A stretch of 64,000 nt of DNA from Mycobacterium sp. (GTDB taxonomy: Bacteria; Actinomycetota; Actinomycetes; Mycobacteriales; Mycobacteriaceae), in NCBI GenBank assembly GCA_032162605.1, contig JAVROT010000088.1, positions 1,144-65,143 of the forward strand, given 5' to 3'. Below, piece by piece: positions 55,564-64,000 of this stretch (position 1 is its first letter; every line of letters begins with the position of its first letter). The notes under the pieces were generated by a model. That model made no database searches. It saw only the letters and a list, made by a program, of their open reading frames with translations, and was not told where the DNA came from. The position numbers and the translations under genes are program-made.

Positions 55564-56384
55564 GAAGGAATACCTTCCTCACCGAGCTTGAGCTGTTGAC
55601 GTTCCTTCACCGTGGCCAACGGAGCCTCCGGCTGCAACTCCATGTTGGCGATGAAACCGCCGCGCGGAGTTTCGGCGACGAATGTGATGGCGCGCGCCAG
55701 ATCCGATGCGCGCAGGAAGTAGTCGTGCCGGGCCTGGCCCCACTTGGCCCAGTCCTCCAGCGCGGGCCCGATGGCATCTGCGGGCAGGCTCCAGCCCATC
55801 GACGTCTTGGTCGGTCCCGGGTGCACGATCGACGCGCGCACCCCGGTGCCCTCGAGCTCCATCTGGTAGTTGGTCACCATCGCGACCAGCGCAGCCTTGG
55901 CCGCCCCGTAGGCGCCCATGTGGGGACGTTGGCGCAATGCGACGTCGGAGCCGACGAAGATCAGGTCGCCGCGCTGGCGCTCGATCATGCCCGGCAGGAC
56001 CGCGCCTGCCAGTCGGTTGGCCCCGACCAGGTGGATTTGCAGCTGCGAGTTGAAGTCGTCGGTACTGATCTCGGCGAGCTTGCCGAAGTAGGTGTCGCCC
56101 GCGCCTGCCACCAGCACCTCGATGTCACCGAGTGCGTCAACGGCACTGGCCACGAACGACTTCACCGAGTTGGGGTCGGTGACGTCGAGATGGAATCCGA
56201 CGGCTTCGCCGCCATCGGCGCGGATCTTCCCGACGAGGTCGTCGAGCTTCTCGACTCGGCGGGCGCCCAGCGCGACGGGAAAGCCACGCGCGGCGAGTTC
56301 GATCGCGGTGGCCTCACCGATGCCTGCTGAAGCGCCGGCCACGATGGCGGGTCGACGGTCGGGGAGCGGTGCGAAACGTGGCAT
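55560..56384 (-). CDS. SDR-family oxidoreductase (Rv0765c-like)
   Basis: VAGASAGIGEA and YGAAKAA. ATGA overlap with cyp51. Confidence 0.85.
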
Positions 56385-57587
56385 CTAGCGGGCCTTCACG
56401 GCGATGGGCAGATGGGCGAAACCGCGCACGTTGCTCGAGTGGACGCGGACGGAACCGGCCTCGTCCACCTCGTAGCCACGAACGCGCTTGAAGAACTCGG
56501 TGAGTGCGACCTGGGCCTCCATGCGTGCCAGGTGTGCCCCGAGGCAGAAGTGCGCCCCGCTGCCGAAACTCACCAGCTTGGAACTGATGTCACGGCTGAT
56601 GCGATAGGTGTCGGGGTCGGAGAAGACGCGGTCGTCGCGGTTGGCCGAGCCGGGCAGCAGCAGCAGGACGTCGCCGGCGGGAATCGTGGTGTCGTACAGC
56701 GTCATGTCGGCGGAGACGGCGCGGGCCAGAATCTGGCTCGACGTGTCGTAGCGCAGCGTCTCCTCCACCCATGGCTTCACCAGTGCGTGATCGTCGAAGA
56801 CCGGGGCGAGCTCGTCGGGATTCTTGAACCCCCAATAAACGGCGTTGGCAAGCAGTTTCGTGGTGGTCTCGTTACCCGCTACGACCATCAGGAACAGGAA
56901 CGCCATGATCTCTTCGTCGGTGAGCCGGTCACCGTCGATCTCGGCCTCCACGAGCGCCGAGGTCAAATCGTCCGAGAGCTTCTCGCGTCGCTGCGCAACC
57001 ATGTCGGAGTAGTAGATCAGCAGCTCGGCCGAGGCCTGCATCGCCTCGGCGGGTACGTCGGACACGCCGTCCTCGCGATGCATCACACCGTCGGCGAGAG
57101 CGCGGATCCTGACCCTGTCCTCGTCGGGCACGCCCATGAGTTCGGAGATGACGTCCATCGGCAGCTTGCCTGCGAAATCGTCGACGTAGTCGAACTCCTC
57201 CGACTGGAGCGCCGCGTCGAGGTGCTGTACCGCGATTTCGGTGACCCGCCCCTCCAGTTCGCGAATCCGCCTCGGAGTGAAGCCCTTCGAGACCAGGGTG
57301 CGCAGTCGGAGATGGCCAGGATCGTCGAGCGCGAGGAACGACATCACCTTGTGCGCGTGCTCGTTGCGCGAGATCGGGTCCAGCGATACGCCGTGCTTGT
57401 TGGACAGCGACGTGCTGTTGCGGAAGCCCTGCGCGACGTCCGTGTGGCGGGACACCGCCCAGAACTTCAGGTCCGCGTTGTGGTAGAGCGGCGCCTCGTC
57501 ACGCAATCGGCGGTAGTACGGATACGGATCTTCGTGGAAGTCGTAATCATACGGGTCGAGCAACACGGCGGACGTGTCGACTGTCAT
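56385..57587 (-). CDS. cyp123: cytochrome P450 (CYP123-like by synteny)
   Basis: FGSGAHFCLGAHLAR (haem Cys) and AGNETT (I-helix). Its position between the TetR and SDR genes matches Rv0766c. Confidence 0.85.
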   Translation of the reverse strand: MTVDTSAVLLDPYDYDFHEDPYPYYRRLRDEAPLYHNADLKFWAVSRHTDVAQGFRNSTSLSNKHGVSLDPISRNEHAHKVMSFLALDDPGHLRLRTLVSKGFTPRRIRELEGRVTEIAVQHLDAALQSEEFDYVDDFAGKLPMDVISELMGVPDEDRVRIRALADGVMHREDGVSDVPAEAMQASAELLIYYSDMVAQRREKLSDDLTSALVEAEIDGDRLTDEEIMAFLFLMVVAGNETTTKLLANAVYWGFKNPDELAPVFDDHALVKPWVEETLRYDTSSQILARAVSADMTLYDTTIPAGDVLLLLPGSANRDDRVFSDPDTYRISRDISSKLVSFGSGAHFCLGAHLARMEAQVALTEFFKRVRGYEVDEAGSVRVHSSNVRGFAHLPIAVKAR

Positions 57588-58195
57588 ACGTGTTCTCCCA
57601 AGATTAGGCCGACCGCGTAGGTCAGCCGATCGGCAATCTGGTGGTAGCTGAAGTAGCCGCTGCCTGCCTGGACCAGGGCGCCGAAGAACGTCATCTCCAG
57701 TGCCGACAACACGCGCTGGTCTGGATCGGGGCCGTACGCCGACGTGATGCGACGGTGGATCTCGGCACCGATGCGTTCACGCACGCGGCCCACGGCGTCG
57801 TCGTTGCCGCCGCCCAGCAGTGCGGTGGTGCAGGCAGCAGCGACCTCGGGTTCGTCGGCGACTGCCAGAGCCAACGAATGCAGCGTGCGGTCCAGGCGCG
57901 TCAACCTGCTCTCGTTGACGTCGGTGAAGTACGGCGTCTGGCGGACCAGGTCGAGGTAGACCTCCGCGATCAGGTGGTTCTTGGAGGAGAAGTAGGTGTA
58001 GGCGGTGGCAGGCGCGACCTTGGCCCTGGCGGCGACGGCGCGCACGGTGAGGTCGGTGTACGACGATTCGCGCAGCATCTCCACGCCCGCGGCGAGTACC
58101 TTGCGGAAGGTCTCCTCCTGGCGGCGGTTGCGCGGAATCTCGCCGGGGTCGGCGTCGATCACCTCTGTGGTCGCGACCACTGCATCACTGGACAC
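57584..58195 (-). CDS. TetR-family transcriptional regulator (Rv0767c-like)
   Basis: N-terminal HTH (YTDLTVRAVAARAKVAPATAYTYFSSKNHL). 4-nt overlap with the P450 gene. Confidence 0.9.
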   Translation of the reverse strand: MSSDAVVATTEVIDADPGEIPRNRRQEETFRKVLAAGVEMLRESSYTDLTVRAVAARAKVAPATAYTYFSSKNHLIAEVYLDLVRQTPYFTDVNESRLTRLDRTLHSLALAVADEPEVAAACTTALLGGGNDDAVGRVRERIGAEIHRRITSAYGPDPDQRVLSALEMTFFGALVQAGSGYFSYHQIADRLTYAVGLILGEHV

Positions 58196-58379
58196 ATGTC
58201 CAAGTTATCCGACGGCGCCGCATTTAGGCAAGCCGATCAGTCGAAATCCCTGTACAAACGCTATTTCACAAAATTCGTCCCAGCTAGGTCACGTCCAACC
58301 TTGCCACCGGCAGGTCGCTGCGGTTATGGTTCGACACAATACAGTCGGACAGTTGTCCAGAAGATGAACGGGAGTTCGA

Positions 58380-59849
58380 ATGGCGCTACTGGGCGATCGC
58401 GAGAGTCGACTGCTCATCGACGGCAAGCTGGTGGCCGGAAGCGGGGGAACCTTTCCGACGCTCAATCCAGCTACCGAGGAGGTTCTCGGCGTCTCGGCCG
58501 ATGCGAGCGCCGATGACGTGGAGGCGGCGATCGGGGCCGCGCGTCGGGCGTTCGACGAGACGGATTGGGCCACCAACGTCGAGCAACGGGTGCGTTGCAT
58601 TCGCCAGTTGCAGCAGGCGATGCGCGATCATGTCGAGGAACTGCGGGACCTGACGATCGCCGAGGTCGGCGCGCCGCGCATGCTCACTTCGGGTGCGCAA
58701 CTGGAGGGCCCGGTCGAGGATCTGAGCTTCTGCGCGGACACGGCTGAGTCCTATCGGTGGACCACCGACTTGGGCATTGCGTCGCCGATGGGCATGAAGA
58801 CTCACCGCACGGTCGCAAGGGAGGCGATCGGCGTGGTTGGAGCCATCACGCCGTGGAACTTCCCGCACCAGATCAACCTGGCCAAGATCGGGCCTGGGCT
58901 GGCCGCGGGAAACACCCTGGTGCTCAAGGCCGCTCCCGACACACCCTGGGCTGCCGCCGTTCTCGGCGAACTGATCGCGGAGCACACCGACTTCCCCGCG
59001 GGCGTCATCAACATCGTCACCGCCAGTGACCATGGCGTCGGGGCGCTGCTGTCGAGGGACCCGCGTGTCGACATGGTGTCGTTCACCGGTTCCACGAACA
59101 CCGGGCGGGCCGTCATGTCCGACGGCTCGGCCACGCTCAAGAAGGTGTTCCTCGAGCTCGGCGGTAAGTCGGCGTTCCTCGTGCTCGACGACGCGGATCT
59201 GGCTGGGGCGTGCTCGATGTCGGCGTTCACGGCTGCCATGCATGCCGGGCAGGGCTGTGCGATCACCACCCGCCTGGTGGTGCCCCGCGCCCGCTACGAC
59301 GAGGCGGTCGAAGCCGCCGCGGCCACGATGGCCGGGCTGAAGCCGGGCGATCCGAACGAGCCGGGCACCATCTGCGGTCCGGTGATCTCCGAGCGCCAGC
59401 GTGATCGCATTCAGGGCTACCTGGATTCGGCGATCGCCGAGGGCGGCAGGTTCGCCTGTGGCGGTGGCCGGCCGGCCGACCGCGACACCGGGTTCTTCAT
59501 CGAGCCGACCGTGATCGCCGGCCTCGACAACGGCGCGAAGGTCGCGCGGGAAGAGATCTTCGGTCCGGTGCTGACGGTCATCGCGCACGACGGCGACGAC
59601 GACGCGATCCGCATCGCGAACGACTCGCCGTACGGCCTGTCCGGCACGGTGTTCTCGGGCGACGACGAGCGCGCCGCGGGGATTGCCGCACGCCTGCGCG
59701 TCGGCACGGTCAACATCAACGGTGGCGTCTGGTACTCGGCGGACATGCCGTTCGGCGGCTACAAGCAATCCGGGATCGGCCGGGAGATGGGGCTCGCTGG
59801 CTTCGAGGAGTACCTCGAGATCAAAGCGATTGCCACGCTGGCGAATTAG
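58380..59849 (+). CDS. aldA: NAD-dependent aldehyde dehydrogenase
   Basis: ITPWNFP, FLELGGKSA, HAGQGCA (catalytic Cys) and EEIFGPV. Syntenic with Rv0768. Confidence 0.9.
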   Translation: MALLGDRESRLLIDGKLVAGSGGTFPTLNPATEEVLGVSADASADDVEAAIGAARRAFDETDWATNVEQRVRCIRQLQQAMRDHVEELRDLTIAEVGAPRMLTSGAQLEGPVEDLSFCADTAESYRWTTDLGIASPMGMKTHRTVAREAIGVVGAITPWNFPHQINLAKIGPGLAAGNTLVLKAAPDTPWAAAVLGELIAEHTDFPAGVINIVTASDHGVGALLSRDPRVDMVSFTGSTNTGRAVMSDGSATLKKVFLELGGKSAFLVLDDADLAGACSMSAFTAAMHAGQGCAITTRLVVPRARYDEAVEAAAATMAGLKPGDPNEPGTICGPVISERQRDRIQGYLDSAIAEGGRFACGGGRPADRDTGFFIEPTVIAGLDNGAKVAREEIFGPVLTVIAHDGDDDAIRIANDSPYGLSGTVFSGDDERAAGIAARLRVGTVNINGGVWYSADMPFGGYKQSGIGREMGLAGFEEYLEIKAIATLAN

Positions 59850-59863
59850 AGAAAGCAGAGGGC

Positions 59864-60631
59864 TTGTGCATGGGTCTTTATGGTGATCAGTTCAAGGACA
59901 AGGTGGCGATCGTCACCGGTTCCGGCGGCGGCATCGGCCAGGCGTACGCGGAGGCGCTGGCGCGTGAGGGCGCCGCGGTGGTGGTGGCTGACATCAACAC
60001 TGGCGGCGCACAGAAGGTGGCCGACGCGATCAAGGGCGAAGGCGGCACCGCACTCGCCCTGCGGGTGGACGTCAGCGATCCCGATTCCGCCAAGGAGATG
60101 GCCGCGCAGGCCCTTTCCGAATTCGGCGGTATCGACTACCTGGTGAACAACGCCGCGATCTTCGGCGGGATGAAGCTCGATTTTCTCGTCACCGTCGACT
60201 GGGACTACTACAAGAAGTTCATGAGCGTGAACATGGACGGCGCGCTGCTGTGTACCCGTGCCGTCTACCGCAAGATGGCCAAGCGTGGCGGCGGTGCCAT
60301 CGTCAACCAGTCTTCCACTGCAGCGTGGCTGTACTCGAACTTCTACGGTCTGGCCAAGGTCGGCATCAACGGCCTGACCCAGCAGCTGGCCACTGAACTC
60401 GGCGGACAGAACATCCGGATCAACGCCATCGCGCCGGGGCCCATCGACACCGAGGCCAACCGGACCACAACGCCGCAAGAGATGGTCGCCGACATCGTCA
60501 AGGGAATTCCGTTGTCGCGCATGGGACAACCGGAGGATCTGGTCGGCATGTGCCTGTTCCTGTTGTCGGATCAGGCCAAGTGGATCACCGGGCAGATCTT
60601 CAACGTCGACGGTGGACAGATCATCCGATGA
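59864..60631 (+). CDS. SDR-family oxidoreductase (Rv0769-like)
   Basis: TGSGGGIGQA, NNAA, YGLAKVG and ITGQIFNVDGG. The ATG at 59870 is an alternative start. Confidence 0.9.
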   Translation: MCMGLYGDQFKDKVAIVTGSGGGIGQAYAEALAREGAAVVVADINTGGAQKVADAIKGEGGTALALRVDVSDPDSAKEMAAQALSEFGGIDYLVNNAAIFGGMKLDFLVTVDWDYYKKFMSVNMDGALLCTRAVYRKMAKRGGGAIVNQSSTAAWLYSNFYGLAKVGINGLTQQLATELGGQNIRINAIAPGPIDTEANRTTTPQEMVADIVKGIPLSRMGQPEDLVGMCLFLLSDQAKWITGQIFNVDGGQIIR

Positions 60632-61503
60632 CCGAAACGCCTGACAATGAGGTCAAGCTCGGGTACATCGGGCTCGGCAACATGGGCGCGCCGATGGCCA
60701 AACGGCTCGTCGAATGGCCCGGCGGTGTCACCGTCTTCGACATCCGCACCGAGGCCATGACGCCGCTCGCCGAACTCGGTGCGACACTGGCCGACAACGT
60801 CGCCGACGTGGCCGCCGCCGACATCGTCAGTGTGACGGTCCTCAACGATGCGCAGGTCCGTGAGGTGGTAGCCGAGCTGGCCGCGCACGCCAAGCCGGGC
60901 ACCGTGATCGCGATCCACTCCACGATCAGTCCCGAGACGGCCGTCGAGCTCGCGGCCGAGCTGAAGCCCAAGGGAATTCACGTCGTCGACGCGCCCATCA
61001 GCGGTGGCGGCGGAGCAGCTGAAAAGGGTGAGCTGGCCGTGATGGTCGGTGCCGACCGCGAGGTCTACGAGCGGATCAAGCCTGCGTTCAAGCAATTCGC
61101 GTCGGTCGTGATCCACGCCGGAGAGCCGGGTGCGGGAACGCGAATGAAGTTGGCCCGCAACATGTTGGCGTTCACCAGCTACGTTGCCGCGTGTGAGGCG
61201 ATGAAGCTGGCCGAGGCCGCAGGCATCGACCTGAAGCAACTGGGCCGGGTCGTCCGTCACACCGATGCGCTCACCGGCGGGCCCGGCGCGATCATGGTGC
61301 GGGACGACACGTCCAACCTCGCCCCCGATCACTGGCTTCATGACACGTTCGTCCACACCCGCGGTCTCGGCGAGAAGGATCTGAGTCTGGCGTTGGCCCT
61401 CGGCGAGGCGACGGGCACCGAGCTGCCGCTCGCCGAAGTGGCGCTCAAGAACCTGGCAGCGGGACTCGGCGTGCCGCATGCCGCGCAGAGCACGAAGGAG
61501 TGA
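60628..61503 (+). CDS. NAD-binding 3-hydroxyisobutyrate-dehydrogenase-like oxidoreductase (Rv0770-like)
   Basis: ATGA overlap with the upstream gene. LGYIGLGNMGAPMA Rossmann motif. Confidence 0.85.
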   Translation: MTETPDNEVKLGYIGLGNMGAPMAKRLVEWPGGVTVFDIRTEAMTPLAELGATLADNVADVAAADIVSVTVLNDAQVREVVAELAAHAKPGTVIAIHSTISPETAVELAAELKPKGIHVVDAPISGGGGAAEKGELAVMVGADREVYERIKPAFKQFASVVIHAGEPGAGTRMKLARNMLAFTSYVAACEAMKLAEAAGIDLKQLGRVVRHTDALTGGPGAIMVRDDTSNLAPDHWLHDTFVHTRGLGEKDLSLALALGEATGTELPLAEVALKNLAAGLGVPHAAQSTKE

Positions 61504-61961
61504 CCATGGACGACTTGCGCCGCAAGGGCCTCGAGAAGATGAACGAGGTCTACTCGTGGGAGATGCCGAACATCGAGGGCGACCCCTACTTCGATCTCAC
61601 CGTCGATCACCTCTTCGGCAGCATCTGGACCCGCCCTGGCCTCTCGATGCGCGACAAGCGGCTGATGACGCTGACCGTGGTCACCGCACTCGGGCTGCAA
61701 GACCTGACCGAGGTCCAGGTGAACGCCGCGCTGGCGAACGACGAGCTCACCGAGGAGGAGCTCAAGGAGATGTCGATATTCCTCACCCACTACGTCGGCT
61801 TCCCGTTGGCCTCGGGGCTCAACGGGGTGGTGGGCCGCGTGGTGGGCAAGCGTAGTAAGGCTGACAAAGCCGGTAGCGGGAAGGACACGGCCGAGGATAG
61901 GCGAGCGAACGTCAACGCGGCCGTCAAGATGAATACCGGGAAGCCACTCGATGATGAGTAG
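61500..61961 (+). CDS. carboxymuconolactone decarboxylase-family protein (Rv0771-like)
   Basis: 153 aa with WTRPGLSMRDKRLMTLTV and LTHYVGFP, the CMD-family pattern. Confidence 0.85.
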   Translation: MTMDDLRRKGLEKMNEVYSWEMPNIEGDPYFDLTVDHLFGSIWTRPGLSMRDKRLMTLTVVTALGLQDLTEVQVNAALANDELTEEELKEMSIFLTHYVGFPLASGLNGVVGRVVGKRSKADKAGSGKDTAEDRRANVNAAVKMNTGKPLDDE

Positions 61962-63177
61962 ATATGCCGCGCTGTCGCGCGACGAACTGGCGACCCTGGT
62001 CCCCGAGCTGCTGCTGATCGGTCAATTGATCGACCGGTCCGGAATGGCCCACTGCATCAGCGCGTGGGGCCGCGACGAGATGTTGCAGATCGCGATCGAG
62101 GAATGGGCCGCGTCCAGCCCGCTCTACACCAAGCGGATGCAGAAGGCGCTGAAGTACGAGGGCGTCGACGTCATCACCATCTTCAAGGGGCTGCAGCTCG
62201 ACATCGGCGCCCCACCGCAGTTCATGGACTTCCGGTACACCGTGCACGACCGGTGGCACGGCGAGTTCCACCTCGACCACTGTGGGGCGCTGCTCGACGT
62301 CGAGCCGATGGGCGAGGACTACGTCCAGGGCCTGTGCCACGACATCGAGGACCCCACCTTCGACGCGACCGCGCTGGCCACCAATCGCAAGACCCAGGTC
62401 CGGCCGATCCACCGGCCGCCGAGGACGCCCTCCGACCGGCACCCGCACTGTCGGTGGACGGTCATCATCGACGAGTCCTATCGCGAGGTGGCGTTCATCC
62501 CGGCGATGGACGTCGTTGGCGCCAGCCGCGCGTACTCGTGCGAACTCGACCCGATCGATCCGAATGACGAAGGCATGGAGGACTATTCGGGCCCGCTGTT
62601 GTCCGACGTCGACTTCGGCGCGTTCTCCCATTCGGCGCTGGTCCGCATCGCCGACGAGGTGTGCCTCCAGATGCATCTCCTGGTGCTGTCCTTCACGCTC
62701 GCCGTCAGGGCGCGTGCGGGTGGCGACGTGGCGCTGGAGGAATCGATCCGCACCAAGCAGTTGATCGGCATCGCAGGCATCGCCGCCGAGCGTATTCACG
62801 AGGCGTTGAAGCTGCCCGGCGGAGTCAAGGGCGCGCTCCGCGTCCTCGAACTGCACCCGCTACTGAACCCGGCGGCCTATGTGTCGGTGGACGTCGACTC
62901 CGAGTTCCTGCACGTTCGCCGCTCACCTGCCTACGAGGACGGTGCCTGGATCTCGCTGGTCTCCCCGGTGGCCGACAAGCCGCTGCAGGCCATCGTCAAC
63001 GCCGTCGATCCGTACCTGCGGGCGGAGGTCACCGGCACGGGATCCGACTGGACGGTGCGCGTGATCGAGACCGACACCCCGGCAAAGGAGTTGGGCGAGG
63101 TCGCCGTGACTAGGTTCTCAGGCGGTGCGTCGTGGGTCTTCGAGAATCGGAAGTCGTTGCCGCTTACGGTTGTTTGA
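61951..63177 (+). CDS. hypothetical protein (408 aa)
   Basis: Long ORF with normal composition. 11-nt overlap with the upstream gene. I recognise no family. Confidence 0.65.
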   Translation: MMSRYAALSRDELATLVPELLLIGQLIDRSGMAHCISAWGRDEMLQIAIEEWAASSPLYTKRMQKALKYEGVDVITIFKGLQLDIGAPPQFMDFRYTVHDRWHGEFHLDHCGALLDVEPMGEDYVQGLCHDIEDPTFDATALATNRKTQVRPIHRPPRTPSDRHPHCRWTVIIDESYREVAFIPAMDVVGASRAYSCELDPIDPNDEGMEDYSGPLLSDVDFGAFSHSALVRIADEVCLQMHLLVLSFTLAVRARAGGDVALEESIRTKQLIGIAGIAAERIHEALKLPGGVKGALRVLELHPLLNPAAYVSVDVDSEFLHVRRSPAYEDGAWISLVSPVADKPLQAIVNAVDPYLRAEVTGTGSDWTVRVIETDTPAKELGEVAVTRFSGGASWVFENRKSLPLTVV

Positions 63178-64000
63178 TCAATCGATCACCGGCCCAGACG
63201 GCGAGGGCGACTACGGCGAACGCGGTTCCGACGATGCTCGCCCCTGTCCATCCGGCATGGGCGTAGGCGACGGTGGCCGCGACGGCCCCAGCGCCGGTGC
63301 CGATCGAGTAGTAGACCATGTAGCCGCCGATGAGACGGGTGGTCGCGGTGGGGTCGGACTCCACTATGAGGTGCTGGTTGATGACGTGAATTGCTTCGCC
63401 GGCGAAGTCGAGGACGACGAGGCCGATCGCGAGCACTAGTAGCGAATTCGGGGTTTGGGCGATGGCCAGCCACGACCCGAGGAAGGCGATGAGCGTCGCG
63501 CCGGTGGCGACCTCGGCGCGGCCGCGGTCGGCCCACCGGCCCGCGCCCGACGCGCCGAGCGCCCCTGCCGCCCCGACGATGCCGAAGAGTCCGATCTGCG
63601 ACGTCGTCAAGTCCCACGGTGCGGCAGCCAGTGGCAACGCCATCGACCCCCATGCCGCGCCGAAACTGGCGAACATCAGTCCGCCGATGAGGCTTCGTGT
63701 GCGAAAAGTCCTGTCGCGCATAGTCAGCACCACGACCGTGGCAACGGCGAGGTGGTACGGCACGACGTCCTTGGCGATGGTGTCGCGCGGCAGCGCAAAG
63801 GCCAGCCATCCGGTGACGCCGAGCATGACCACCGCGGCGATTCCGAAGACCGCACGCCACCCCAAAAGGTCGGCGATGGACCCGGAGACGGTGCGCGCCA
63901 GCAGGATACCGATGACCACGCCGCTGGTCACCACGCCGACGGTGCGTCCGCGTCGGCCGGATGGACTGGCCGCTGCGGCGAACGCGGTGATCACCTGAAC
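63164..64000 (-). CDS. MFS transporter (5' end outside window)
   Basis: The frame is open to the right edge. Successive hydrophobic helices with an MFS-like composition. Confidence 0.75.
   Translation of the reverse strand, partial: VQVITAFAAAASPSGRRGRTVGVVTSGVVIGILLARTVSGSIADLLGWRAVFGIAAVVMLGVTGWLAFALPRDTIAKDVVPYHLAVATVVVLTMRDRTFRTRSLIGGLMFASFGAAWGSMALPLAAAPWDLTTSQIGLFGIVGAAGALGASGAGRWADRGRAEVATGATLIAFLGSWLAIAQTPNSLLVLAIGLVVLDFAGEAIHVINQHLIVESDPTATTRLIGGYMVYYSIGTGAGAVAATVAYAHAGWTGASIVGTAFAVVALAVWAGDRLIKQP

Overview
High-GC actinobacterial chromosome segment. Gene order marks it as Mycobacterium/Mycolicibacterium-type. No rRNA, CRISPR array, prophage or intact IS was seen. Layout: (1) 1-9.1 kb holds the tail of an mce4-like operon, otsA, three tandem paralogues of a small secreted 4-Cys protein, a KstR-type operator, and orphan CoxS/CoxM/CoxG-like genes with no large subunit. 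(2) 9.27-29.3 kb holds two co-directional, tightly coupled operons, each preceded by a copy of the same ~95-nt leader. They encode an MFS exporter, five ATP-dependent ligases (one ANL, three ATP-grasp, one GspS-like), a TrpE/TrpG-like chorismate-aminating pair, a dedicated DAHP synthase, a CreM/CreE/CreD-like (nitrous-acid/diazotase-type) trio, LarB/LarC/LarE, and a DUF362 protein whose His/His/Lys/His spacing matches LarA. This is my best candidate for an undescribed system: a nickel-pincer-cofactor enzyme embedded in an N-N-bond-type aryl-amine pathway. (3) 29.3-32.3 kb holds a divergent polytopic Ser/Thr kinase and FHA-LuxR regulator, a tRNA 3' remnant and tRNA-Thr(UGU). (4) 32.5-40.3 kb holds a family-5 SBP lipoprotein, a cyclase-ATPase, and a lower-GC cassette (small ORFs, a cytoplasmic SBP5 homologue, an RRE-like/ThiF enzyme) that resembles a peptide-modification module. 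(5) 40.3-64 kb holds phoPR and a block collinear with M. tuberculosis Rv0756c-Rv0771 (adhB, fdx, cyp51, cyp123, aldA). That block is interrupted by a ~7.9-kb insertion carrying an IS1182-like remnant and an ABC importer. Many long ORFs in the six-frame track are antisense or read-through artefacts of the high GC content and were not called.
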